Source of the DNA: an uncultured Planctomycetota bacterium
Lineage (GTDB): Bacteria; Planctomycetota; Planctomycetia; Pirellulales; Lacipirellulaceae
Assembly (NCBI GenBank): GCA_963719315.1
Contig: CAVRBU010000003.1
Coordinates: 1 to 64,000 of the forward strand
Length of the DNA stretch: 64,000 nucleotides
Direction: 5' to 3'
Part shown: in pieces, positions 54,027 to 64,000 of the stretch
Layout of the letters: each line of letters opens with the position of its first letter
How positions within the stretch are numbered: position 1 is the stretch's first letter
Notes under the pieces: model-generated
What the model was told of the DNA's origin: nothing
The model's database searches: none
The model's input: only the letters and a program-made list of their open reading frames with translations
Program-made: the position numbers and the translations under genes

Positions 54027-56669
54027 GCTTCCTGCTTTGGTTAATTCGGCAATTGCAAAATGCAAAATTCAAATTGCAAATCGCAAATTGGCGAACCACC
54101 GCATTTTTTGTTTTGCAGTTTGCAATTTGCATTTTGCACTTTCTTCTTAATGTCGGCGATGCGGCGCCCATCGGCACGGCCGCAGCCAACGGCAATAACG
54201 CAACTGCGGAGCACGTGGTCTACGAGATCTCGCGCTTGCGATCGTTCGACGACGAGCGGCTACCGATCGCGCTCATCGCGGCGGCGGCGATCGCACTGGT
54301 CGCGATCGTTTGGCAATTCTATCGGCGGGACGCCGTCGAGCTCACACGCGGCACGCGGTGGGGCGTCATGTTCCTGCGCTGCCTGGCTTTGGCCGGTCTC
54401 TTCGTGTTTTTCCTGGGCATCGAACGGCGGACGACGCGCGAAATCATTCATAACTCGCAGGTCGCGGTATTGGTGGATGTGAGCCAGAGCATGGGCCTGA
54501 GTGAAAACGAGAATTCCAGCGACTCCAAAGCATCGCGGATCGAGTCGGTCGTCGATGCGTTAAGCCACAGCCCACTTATCGCGGATTTGCGGAAGACTCA
54601 CGATGTGAACATCGCCCGGTTCGACCAGGAAGTGGAGCCGATAGTTTCGCTGCCGAAAAGTCAAGAGGAAGGTCAAGGGTCGAGGGTCGAGGGTCGAGGG
54701 CCAGACGCCACCGCATTGCCGTCGAAAATTCCTCCGGCACTGGACTCCCGACTCTCCGCTCTTGACTCCATCGATTGGTTCGCGGAGTTGCAAGCGCGGG
54801 GTACGCAAACTCGACTCGGGCAAGCGCTCGCCGACGACTTGCGGCTGTATCGCGATGCGCCGCTGGCTGGGGTGATTGTCGTCACGGACGGCGCTCAAAA
54901 TGCCGGCATCGAGCCGGGGGCCGCGGTGGAAGTTGCCCATCAATCGAAGGTGCCGCTGTTCACCGTGGGCGTCGGTTCGGCCGCTTCGCAGCGAAACGTT
55001 GCCATTCGCGACCTGATCGTACCCACCCGAGCGTTTCCGAACGACACGCTCAATATCACGGGCTATTTGCAGGCCAACGGCTACGCCGGCCAATCGGTCA
55101 ACGTCGAGTTGACGCGCCGACGGACGCAAGATCCGGCCGGCGGCGGAACACCGATTGACACGCAGCGGGTAGCGCTCGGCCAGGATGGCGAGATGGTCCC
55201 CGTTTCGTTCGACACCGAGCCCGGCGAGCCCGGCACGTTCGTGTTTCAGCTCCGCGTGAAAGCGCCGCCGGAGGACAGCAACCCGCGCGACAACGCGCGC
55301 GAGGCGGAGATCGAAATCGTGGATCGCAAGACACACGTGTTGCTGTTCGCCAGCGGCCCGATGCGCGACTACCAGTTCTTGCGCAATCAGTTGCATCGCG
55401 ATCCGACGATGATCACAGACGTATTCCTGCAAACGACTCAGCCCGGCATTTCGCAGGACGCCAATAAGATTCTCGATCACTTTCCCAGCACGGCCGAGGA
55501 GCTTTACCAATACGATTGCATCGTGGCGTTCGACCCCGATTGGACGAAGCTCGATGCGGCGCAAGTAGAGCTCGTCGAAAAATGGGTCTCCGAAGAGGCG
55601 GGCGGCCTGATCGCGGTGGCCGGGCCGATCGAAACGCCCAAGTGGATTCGCAGCACGGAACACGCCAAGCTTCGCGATTTATACCCGGTCGTGTTTCAAA
55701 ACCGGCTCACACTGCTGGACGATGGCCAAACCGGTGGCGATACGCCGTGGCCGTTGGCGTTCGAGCGAGCGGGCCATGAAGCGAAGTTTTTGTGGATTGC
55801 CAAAAACGCCGAAGAAAGCGAGGCGGCATGGGACAGTTTTCCCGGCGTGTACGGTTTCTTCGCCGTGAAGGGGGAGAAGCCGGGCGCCACGGTTTACGCC
55901 CGGTTCTCGAATCCGGAAACGGGGGCCGCCAACCAGCGGCCCGTTTACATGGCCGGCCAGTTCTATGGCGCGGGCCAGGTGTTTTACCTGGGCGGCGGCG
56001 AGATGTGGCGGCTGCGACGGATCGACCCGGCATATTTCGAAGTCCTCTACACGAAGCTGATTCGTCACGTGAGCCAGGGGCGTATCCTCCGCGGCTCCGC
56101 GCGGCGCGCTGCTCGTGGAGCGCGATCGCTACGAACTCGGAGAAACGATCGTTGTGCGCGCACGCCTTTCCGACCCGCAGCACAAACCGCTCGCCTATGA
56201 CAGCGTGACGGCCCAACTCCTGCGGCCCGATGGCACGGCTGAACCTGTAAAACTAACCGCCGATACGGAGCGGCCCGGCATGTTCATCGGGCAGGCCACG
56301 GTGTTACAGGAGGGCACGTACCAGCTTGCCCTCTCGCTCCCGGGTGGAAACGAAGATCCGCTTACTCGTTACTTGCAAGTTCGCGTCCCGGATCTAGAGC
56401 GTACGCACGCCGAGCGCAACGATCCGCTCCTGGCGTCGATCGCCAAAGGCACGGGCGGCATTTACTACCAACAACTCGACGTCGCGATCCACGGTGACGG
56501 CTCGACGCCGCCGCTGGCCGAGGCGATCAAAAGCCGGGCCGAAGTGAAGCTCGTCAAAGGGGCGCCAGACAAAGAGTTCGCCAAATCCCAAATGAAGTGG
56601 CTGCTGGGCTTGATCGCCGGCTCGCTATTTGTGGAATGGGTCGTGCGGCGAGTGAACCGACTCGCTTAG
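54023..56669 (+). CDS. Membrane-anchored VWA / GATase-like protein (frameshift at ~56100)
   Basis: DVSQSM, TDG, FTVGVG, GGLI...G, WRLR, C-terminal EW..RR; true start uncertain. Confidence 0.85.
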
Positions 56670-56736
56670 GAACGAATTTCGGATTGAAGCGTTTTTGGTT
56701 CGCAATCCGAAATCCGAAATCGACTGAACAAAAGTA

Positions 56737-59024
56737 ATGGAAGAACAAAACGTCAATCCCGAACTCACCCCCGCTGTCCGCGGCGCCTTAAGCGACGTGC
56801 GCCAGCGGATTCGCGCTTATGTGTTGGTCGAAGGGTTGGCGATGTTGGTCGCGGTATTGGGTCTGGCGTTTTGGCTGGGGATGGGGTGGGATTGGCTGTT
56901 CGAGCCTTCGGCGGACGTGCGGCGGGTCGGGCTGATTGTCGTCGGTTGTGCGGCGATCTACGTTTTCTATCGCTATCTGCTTCGCCGAGTATTCGTGCCG
57001 ATTTCCGACACCACGGCAGCGATATTACTTGAGCGGCGGTTTGCGAATTTGGAGGACCATCTCATAACGGCGGTCGATGTGGCCGCCGCGCCGAGCGGGC
57101 AAAGACGTACCATCCGCAGCTCATTTCCGAAACTACGCAGGCGGCGGACCGGGCCGTTGCCGGCCTTCCCGTGTCCCAGTTGTTCAATCGCCGGCCGCTC
57201 GTTCGTACAATTGCTACGGCGGCCGCGCTTGCGGTTTCGATCGGCGTATTGGCGATCGCGTCGCGCGATGTGTTCGGCTTCTGGCTCCAGCGAATCGCGC
57301 TCAGTGAAGAACCCTGGCCTCGCCGCGTGCACCTCGAAGTCGTCGGCTTTCCGGCGGATGCCAATGGCCGACGCACGCATAAGCTCGCTCAGGATGATGA
57401 CTTGGAGCTGCTCGTGCATGCCCGTACCGATGGCTACCAGGCGCCGAATGAAGTGGAGATACGTTTCCGCCTGGCGGATGGCCGCCGCGGCCGCGACACG
57501 CTCACTCGAGTGGGCGACGCTGCCGGCGGCCAGGGCGATTTTCAGCTCTTCCGTTATGAGTTCAAGCATGTCACGGGCGACATGGAGTTCGACATCGTGG
57601 GCGGCGACGACCGTATCCGCGACCTGCATCTGCAGGTGGTCGATCGGCCCGAACTTTATTCGATCGAATTGGAATGCTCATACCCAGAATATTTGGGGCG
57701 CGAAACACGTCGGCTGCCGGTTACGGGCGGCATGCGAATTCCGGAAGGAACGCGGCTCGTTCTGCACGCCTCGTCCACCAAGCCTCTGACGGCCGCTCGC
57801 GTCCGCGGATCGCAGGACAAGGGGGAAAAATCGCTGGATTTGGGGGATCGGGCGGAACAAAAACTTAGCTGGGATTACGGCACGCTCAATTCCGACGACG
57901 TGCTCATCGTGAGCGTGACGGATATCGACGGCGTGGCATCGCGCGAGCCGTACCGAGTATCGCTTTCCGCGGTGAAAGACGATGTACCACAAGTTGCCGT
58001 GCGGCTTTCCGGCATTGGCACGGCGATCACTCCCGATGCCGTGCTGCCGTTGGTCGGCAGAATCACGGATGACTACGGCCTCGACCAGGCATGGTTCGAG
58101 TACCAGGTTGATGGCGGGCCGGTCACGACATTGCCTCTTACTCAGCAACCGCGCGGTGAACCGACGCTCGAGAAGATCGACGCGTTCGATACGCGTTCGA
58201 TCGATTCCAAGTCGGGCCAGCGAATACTCACTTTGAAACCGAAGCAGCGGCTGACGCTCACGTTGAAAGCCTCGGACCGATTCAATTTGTCGAAAGATCC
58301 CCGGGCCGGGAGCAGTCAGCAATTCGCAGTCGACGTGGTGACGGTCGCCGATCTGCTCGCGTTGCTGGAGCGTCGCGAGCTGGGGCTGCGCCAGCGATTC
58401 GAAGCCATCTACGAAAAACTGACCGACACGAGAAACCTGTTGAATCGCGTGGAATCGAACGACACTGCCGACGCCGCGGAGCCATCCGCGGCCGGCGCAA
58501 CCGCCAAACCGGAAGAAAGGGAAGCGGCAAAGTCCGAAATCACGGCGGAAACGGCCCAACGGATGCTATCGCGGCGGCGTCTTCGCGTCGCCGGGTCGCT
58601 GCAAAACGTCGTGCAATCAGCGGACGAAGTGAAGGGCGTTGCCGAGGCGTTTGATGATTTGGGCGCGGAGCTGACCAACAACCGCATTGATAACCCCGAC
58701 CTAAAAAGCCGCCTGGGGGAACAAATTGCCCAGCCGTTGCATCTAATTGCCGAGCAGCGTATGCCGCAACTTGCCGCGCAGCTAAAATTGGTGGAGGAGC
58801 GATTGGAAGACCCCGCCGCCACGGCCCCGGAGTTGAAAAAGGCGATCGCCCAGGCGGATGCCATCCTGGTTTCCATGCGTCAAGTGCTCAACAAGATGCT
58901 GGAACTTGAAACGTACAACGAGGTGGTGGCCCTGCTTCGCGGGATCATCACCGACCAGGACGAAATCAATCGCCGCACGAAAGAACGACAGAAAGAGAAA
59001 CTGAAGGGTTTGTTCGACAAATGA
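56737..59024 (+). CDS. Membrane protein with Ig-like and coiled-coil regions (frameshift at ~57100)
   Basis: N-terminal TM helices, LEDHLITAV, D..P.V, DDYGL, helical tail. Confidence 0.8.
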
Positions 59025-59036
59025 GGGAGCGCGATC

Positions 59037-60947
59037 ATGGCTTCACGCACAGGCGCAAATGCCCGAAGCAACGGAAACGTCGTGTTGATCCATTCGAGAA
59101 TTCGATTTTCGCAAGCGAACTTTGCGCCTTGCGCACTGGGCGTGAGCCTCGCCTTGGTTGCGATCGTTTTCGGCTGCGGTGATTCGGCTCTCGCACAGGA
59201 GCCCGCACCAGGCGATAAACCGGCTGCCGCTACGGATGATAAGCCTGTTGCCCCGTCGGATGAGAAGCCGGCCGCAACCCCGACCGGGCCGGGCGCCACC
59301 GATGAGCTGTCGATCGATCAGGCTCGCTTGGCCGATCGGTTCAAGCGGCTGGAAGAAGTCGTGGGCCGGCTGGCCGAGTTGTCGTCATCCAGTGACCCGC
59401 GACGGGCAAAGTTGCTCCGCGACGCAATCGCACAAAGCCGCGAGCAGGATATCAACGTGCGGTTCGAATCGATCGTCAAATTGCTCCAGGACGAACGACT
59501 GTCGGCCGCGGCCACGAATCAGACCGACTTGCAGAAAGAGCTCGACGGACTGCTCACGCTGCTCCTTAAGGCCGACCGCGACAAAGAGCTCAATTCGGAG
59601 CGCGAGCGGGTGAAGGCCTACTTGAAGGAAGTCGGCCGCCTGATTCGAGAGCAAAAGGGCGTAAAGGCCCGCACTGAGGGTGGCGATGACTTGAAATTGC
59701 TCGGCGGCGATCAACAGCGGATTGCGCTCGATACCGGCAAGCTGGGCGGAAACATCTCCAAGACCGAAAGCGATAAGAAATCGAACGGCGACAAGAAGGA
59801 CGACAAAAACGTCAAGCCGTCCGACTCCGGCGAACAAAAATCGGACGACAAGAATTCGGGCGATAAGAAACCTGGCGATAAGAAATCGGACGACAAACAA
59901 AAGCTGGGCGACTCCAAGTCGGGCAAGCCTTCTGATTCTCAAAAGCCATCCGCAGGTGATCCGTCGGGTGAGCCTCCGTCGCAGCCTGAGGAAGGACAAC
60001 CTTCGGAAGACCAACCCGGCAAATCGGGTAAGTCGCAGCCTTCCCAATCGCCGCCGTTGCCGGGCCAGCCGGGCTCACCGCCATCCGGTGACGAAAACAG
60101 CGATGAGCAACAACAGCAGCAAGATCCGGCCGATCGCGCGACCGATCGACTCAAAAAAGCCCAGCAGCAAATGGAGCAGGCCAAGAAAAAATTGGAGGAC
60201 GCTCAGCGTAAAGGCGCAACGGATCGGCAGCAGCAAGCGATCAAAGAATTGGAACAGGCGAAGGCCGAGTTGGAGCGAGTCTTACGCCAGCTCCGCGAAG
60301 AAGAACTGGAGCGGACGCTTACGCAGCTCGCCGCCCGGTTCCGCAAGATGCTCGAAATGCAAACGGCCGTATACGATGGCACCGTGCGAGTCGACCAAGT
60401 GCCGCAAGCGGAGCGAACGCACGACCATGAAATCGAGTCGGCCCGGCTAAGCCGCGAGGAATCGCAAATCGTTCACGAGGTCGAGAAGGCGCTGTCGCTG
60501 CTCCGCGAGGAAGGGTCCTCCGTTGCCTTCCCGGAAGCGGTCGAGCAAATGCGCGACGACATGCGACAGGTCGCCGAGCGTTTGGCCGCGATAAAAGTCG
60601 ATAAGCTCACGCAAGGTATCGAGCAGGACATCATCGCCGCGTTGGAAGAAACGATCACGGCCCTCGATAAATCGATCAAAGATTTGGAGCAGAAACGCAC
60701 GCCTCCGGGTCAGCAGCCGGCCGCCGGCCAGCCGGGCGAGATGCCGCTCGTCGATAAATTGGCTGAGTTGAAAATGATTCGGTCCTTGCAAATGCGGATC
60801 AATAAGCGGACTCAACGTTACGGTGAAATGATCAAAGGGGAGCAGGCGGAGACGCCCGAACTCCTGAAAGCCGTCCAGGACCTGGCGGAGCGGCAGGAAC
60901 GTGTCTATAAAGCGACGGCCGATTTGCAGCAGGAACGCAACGATTGA
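59037..60947 (+). CDS. Secreted coiled-coil protein with a low-complexity linker
   Basis: Signal-like segment, Q/E-rich helices, D/K/S/P-rich middle, AELKMIRSLQ. Confidence 0.8.
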   Translation: MASRTGANARSNGNVVLIHSRIRFSQANFAPCALGVSLALVAIVFGCGDSALAQEPAPGDKPAAATDDKPVAPSDEKPAATPTGPGATDELSIDQARLADRFKRLEEVVGRLAELSSSSDPRRAKLLRDAIAQSREQDINVRFESIVKLLQDERLSAAATNQTDLQKELDGLLTLLLKADRDKELNSERERVKAYLKEVGRLIREQKGVKARTEGGDDLKLLGGDQQRIALDTGKLGGNISKTESDKKSNGDKKDDKNVKPSDSGEQKSDDKNSGDKKPGDKKSDDKQKLGDSKSGKPSDSQKPSAGDPSGEPPSQPEEGQPSEDQPGKSGKSQPSQSPPLPGQPGSPPSGDENSDEQQQQQDPADRATDRLKKAQQQMEQAKKKLEDAQRKGATDRQQQAIKELEQAKAELERVLRQLREEELERTLTQLAARFRKMLEMQTAVYDGTVRVDQVPQAERTHDHEIESARLSREESQIVHEVEKALSLLREEGSSVAFPEAVEQMRDDMRQVAERLAAIKVDKLTQGIEQDIIAALEETITALDKSIKDLEQKRTPPGQQPAAGQPGEMPLVDKLAELKMIRSLQMRINKRTQRYGEMIKGEQAETPELLKAVQDLAERQERVYKATADLQQERND

Positions 60948-61157
60948 GGTTTTGCTGGCCGGGCACGTGTGGCACAATGGAGGAGCTATTTCGCCGGCTC
61001 GACCTAGACTCTTGGTAAGCCGGGGAACTTGCCGATGAAAGTAACGGTTGCACGATTTGTTGGACAGGCGATCATAGTGGTGAATAATAGAGTATGAGAA
61101 ACTCGGCGGCCGGCGGGTTCAGAATGCCCGCCGTATGACCACAAGGATCCATTCCCA

Positions 61158-62213
61158 ATGACCGACCGACGCCCCAGCCGCATCATTACCGTCGCCCTGA
61201 TTCTGTCGATCGCCTCGGCCGTCGCCTACGCGGGCAGCGAGTTCATGGCCGAGCCGACTTGGCAGCCGGTTAAGCCGGAAGCCGTGCGGGCCAGCCTCGA
61301 CGTGTATCTTCAATCCGCCCACATCGCCGCCAGTCGTCAGCTCGAAGCTCGAGACGCCTGGCGCGCGGCGGCCGAGGACGCGGATGCCGACACGCTCGAC
61401 CGCCTGGCTCAATGCCTGGCCAAAGCGGATGATCGCGTTGCCGAGTTGACGCGGTTTTGTGCCGCCCCGGCGAAGGACGGTGAAGCGGTGCCCGAGTTTG
61501 CCTGGCTAGCCGATAGCGAGACACCGCTCTTAGTGCGGAACAACATGCGGCTCTACCTGGCCCGCTGGCTCGTGCAGCAGGGTTTTTACGACGAAGCGAT
61601 TTCGTGGACGAACGGATTAGGGACGGATGACGTCGTCGCGCCTGACGCGCTCCTGTTCTATCGCGCGATTGCCTACCATCAGCTCGTCCAGCCTACGCAG
61701 GCCGATACGGCCCTGGCTCAATTGATGCAGCGACAAGAAGGTCTGCCGACGCGCTACCAGAAGCTTGCCGACCTTATGCGGCACGATCTATCGGGCTTGC
61801 AAGACGATTCGCTCGATCACATCTCTCGGCGAATGAATGATATTCGCCGCCGGCTCGCTCAAGGCAGGCCGGGCGAGCGCGTGCAAGGCGTTGAGAAGGG
61901 CGTCATCGAATCGCTTGATAAGCTGATCAAGAAGGCGGAAGACGAAGCTCAAAAACAGGCGCAGGCTGCCTCGAAATCCGGACCGTCGCAACCGAGCACG
62001 CCGATGCAGGATAGCCAGATCGCCGAGCTGAAAGGGCCCGGCAAAATCGATCACAAAGATGTGGGCCACAAGGCGGGTTGGGGCAACATGAACGACAAAG
62101 ATCGAGAGAAGGCCCTCCAAGAGATCGGTCGCGAGTTCCCCTCCCATTATCGCGAGGTCATTGAAGAGTATTTTCGTCGGTTGGCGGCTGAGGAATCGGC
62201 CGACAAACGCTGA
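61158..62213 (+). CDS. Secreted helical/TPR-like protein
   Basis: Signal peptide; LLFYRAI; C-terminal WG.....RE......FP.HYR..IEEYF. Confidence 0.8.
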   Translation: MTDRRPSRIITVALILSIASAVAYAGSEFMAEPTWQPVKPEAVRASLDVYLQSAHIAASRQLEARDAWRAAAEDADADTLDRLAQCLAKADDRVAELTRFCAAPAKDGEAVPEFAWLADSETPLLVRNNMRLYLARWLVQQGFYDEAISWTNGLGTDDVVAPDALLFYRAIAYHQLVQPTQADTALAQLMQRQEGLPTRYQKLADLMRHDLSGLQDDSLDHISRRMNDIRRRLAQGRPGERVQGVEKGVIESLDKLIKKAEDEAQKQAQAASKSGPSQPSTPMQDSQIAELKGPGKIDHKDVGHKAGWGNMNDKDREKALQEIGREFPSHYREVIEEYFRRLAAEESADKR

Positions 62214-62220
62214 CCGATTG

Positions 62221-63600
62221 ATGACATTCGCTCCCACGCGCCGGACGATTTCGTCCGCCAGTCCCCACGACCTAGCACGAGCGAGATCACACTTGTCCCT
62301 ATTGCGCGGCCGCATTTGCCTGGCGATGAACACGGCAGCCGTGTTGCCGCTGTTGGTCCCGCTGCTCGTTGGATTGGTTGGCTCAAACTCGGCTCGAGCG
62401 GCCGATGTAACGGCCACGCGGCTCGATGGCACGGCGGTTACCGGCAAATTGCAGGGCTGGAATGAAGGACTGGTCGTCGTTGCCACGCCTTCCGGCGATC
62501 AGCGGATTTCGACAGACCAACTGCTGAACGTTCGCTGGCTGGGGACCGCGGAGGCGCCGACGCCGGCCGATGGGTCTGCGGGATTTACCGAGCTGACCGA
62601 CGGTACGTTGATTCCCATAAGTTCGCTCCGCATCGACGGCAAACAGGCCGCGTTGGTGCTTGACCAGCCCGGGGAACCGCAGGCCAAAACGATCAACCTG
62701 CCCACGTCGCAGCTTGCGGCGGTCCGGTTCCAACGATTCGACGCCAGCCTCGCGAGTCAGTGGGACGAAATTCGCAAGCAAAACCTGGCCAACGATCTGC
62801 TCGTCGTGCTGAAGCGCGATGGTAAGAGCCTCGACTATGTCGAAGGCGTGTTGGGCGACATCACCGACGACAAGGTGGAATTCAAACTGGACAATGAAAT
62901 CAATCGCGTCGATCGCTCGAAGGTGGCCGGCGTCCTTTTTTATCGCACCGATCGCCACGCGAATGCAGAACCGCGGATTTCGCTCGAAGGCCGCTCGGGG
63001 TTGCGTGCGCGTGTCGCGAATGTTCAATTCGTCGAACCGCACGTCGTCGCCCTGACCACCATCGGCGGCGCTAAGTTCATTTGGCCGGTCGATGACATCA
63101 ATGTCGCGGACTTCTCGCCCGGCAAGCTCACGTATCTGAGCGACATCGAACCCGCCTCGCAGAATTGGGCGTCGCTAGTGACGTTGCCCACCAGTTACGG
63201 CCAACCGCTCCGCGATCGTTCGGCATTCGGCGGAAAGCTTTCATTGTGGACCGACGACAGAGAAGGTGATGCGTCGTCGCAGGGCGGCGCCCGCTCGTAC
63301 AGCAAAGGGCTGGCGCTGCGGAGTCGCACCGAGCTAGTTTATCGGTTGCCGGCCGGCTTCAATCGGTTCACGGCGCTTGCTGGAATCGATCCGGCGGCGG
63401 GCGCGAGCGGCAACGTCCGATTGGCGATATACGCCGATGATCGGACGCTCCTGGAAACAGACATTGCCGGCGATCAGCCGCCGCAACTGATCGACGTGGA
63501 AATCACCGGTGCAAAGCGTCTTAAAATCCTAGTGGATTTCGGTCAAAATCAGGACAGCGGCGATTGGCTTAACTTGTGCAATGCGAAGATCGTGAAATGA
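62221..63600 (+). CDS. NPCBM/NEW2-domain protein
   Basis: TYLSD, YSKGL, F.ALAGID, G.KRL.ILVD..; start uncertain. Confidence 0.85.
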   Translation: MTFAPTRRTISSASPHDLARARSHLSLLRGRICLAMNTAAVLPLLVPLLVGLVGSNSARAADVTATRLDGTAVTGKLQGWNEGLVVVATPSGDQRISTDQLLNVRWLGTAEAPTPADGSAGFTELTDGTLIPISSLRIDGKQAALVLDQPGEPQAKTINLPTSQLAAVRFQRFDASLASQWDEIRKQNLANDLLVVLKRDGKSLDYVEGVLGDITDDKVEFKLDNEINRVDRSKVAGVLFYRTDRHANAEPRISLEGRSGLRARVANVQFVEPHVVALTTIGGAKFIWPVDDINVADFSPGKLTYLSDIEPASQNWASLVTLPTSYGQPLRDRSAFGGKLSLWTDDREGDASSQGGARSYSKGLALRSRTELVYRLPAGFNRFTALAGIDPAAGASGNVRLAIYADDRTLLETDIAGDQPPQLIDVEITGAKRLKILVDFGQNQDSGDWLNLCNAKIVK

Positions 63601-64000
63601 CCGTGCCCCACCGGATCAGCGAGTTCGCAATTCGCGCCGGCTGCGGTGCGCACCGAGTCTCTGCAATTTGCGTTTTGCAATTTGCAATTTGCATTTTGCA
63701 ATTGCCCGCCGCTGCCGTCTTCGCCGCCGACCCAGACGCCGAAGTCTTGGCCGCCGAAGAGGCCCGCGTCGAAGTCATCAACCGCATCTCCCGGCCAACG
63801 GTCGCGATCTTTTCGGCGGACGGCAAAGGGGGCGGTTCGGGCGTCATCATTTCCACGGATGGCTACGCGCTGACGAATTTCCACGTCGCTGCTCCCACCG
63901 GGCCCGCCATGAAGGCCGGCCTTTCCGATGGCCGGTTCGTCGATGCCGTGCTGGTCGGCCTCGATCCGGGTGGCGATGTCGCGCTTGTGAAACTGCTCGA
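63597..64000 (+). CDS. Trypsin-like (S1C) serine protease, partial at the window edge
   Basis: GGSGVIISTDGYALTNFHV and DVALVK; ATGA overlap with the upstream stop. Confidence 0.9.
   Translation, partial: MTVPHRISEFAIRAGCGAHRVSAICVLQFAICILQLPAAAVFAADPDAEVLAAEEARVEVINRISRPTVAIFSADGKGGGSGVIISTDGYALTNFHVAAPTGPAMKAGLSDGRFVDAVLVGLDPGGDVALVKLL

Overview
The window looks like planctomycete DNA (inferred from gene content: PQQ-propeller/MoxR/BatA/prenyltransferase operon, RFSLRTLL-motif proteins). It has two parts. The left part (1 to ~37.3 kb) is an IS-rich, visibly more AT-rich accessory island with general-stress and DNA-repair cargo: two inverted copies of a secreted Spy/LTXXQ-like gene, a Csp3-like Cu-storage protein, a hybrid kinase, a Rieske-FAD oxidoreductase, ligD, two ku genes, csbD-yciF-SDR, a SRAP/YedK gene and a type III PKS triad. 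It is punctuated by ISKra4, three IS5 (IS1031-like) copies, IS66, an IS1182-like element and IS3 elements. The right part (~37.4-64 kb) is core-like: tRNA-Lys, PilZ/HD-GYP, HU, and a ~20 kb PQQ/TPR-prenyltransferase-MoxR-DUF58-BatA/VWA-NPCBM-protease operon. The most striking unexplained signal is a GG-N10-GC (sigma54-type -24/-12) motif 50-90 nt upstream of most stress/NHEJ transcription units, suggesting an RpoN-controlled general-stress/NHEJ regulon. All three IS5 copies hit DNA-repair loci, one directly behind the ligD -12 box. The many single-base frameshifts, also in core genes, are probably sequencing indels. All calls come from reading motifs by eye; no searches were run.
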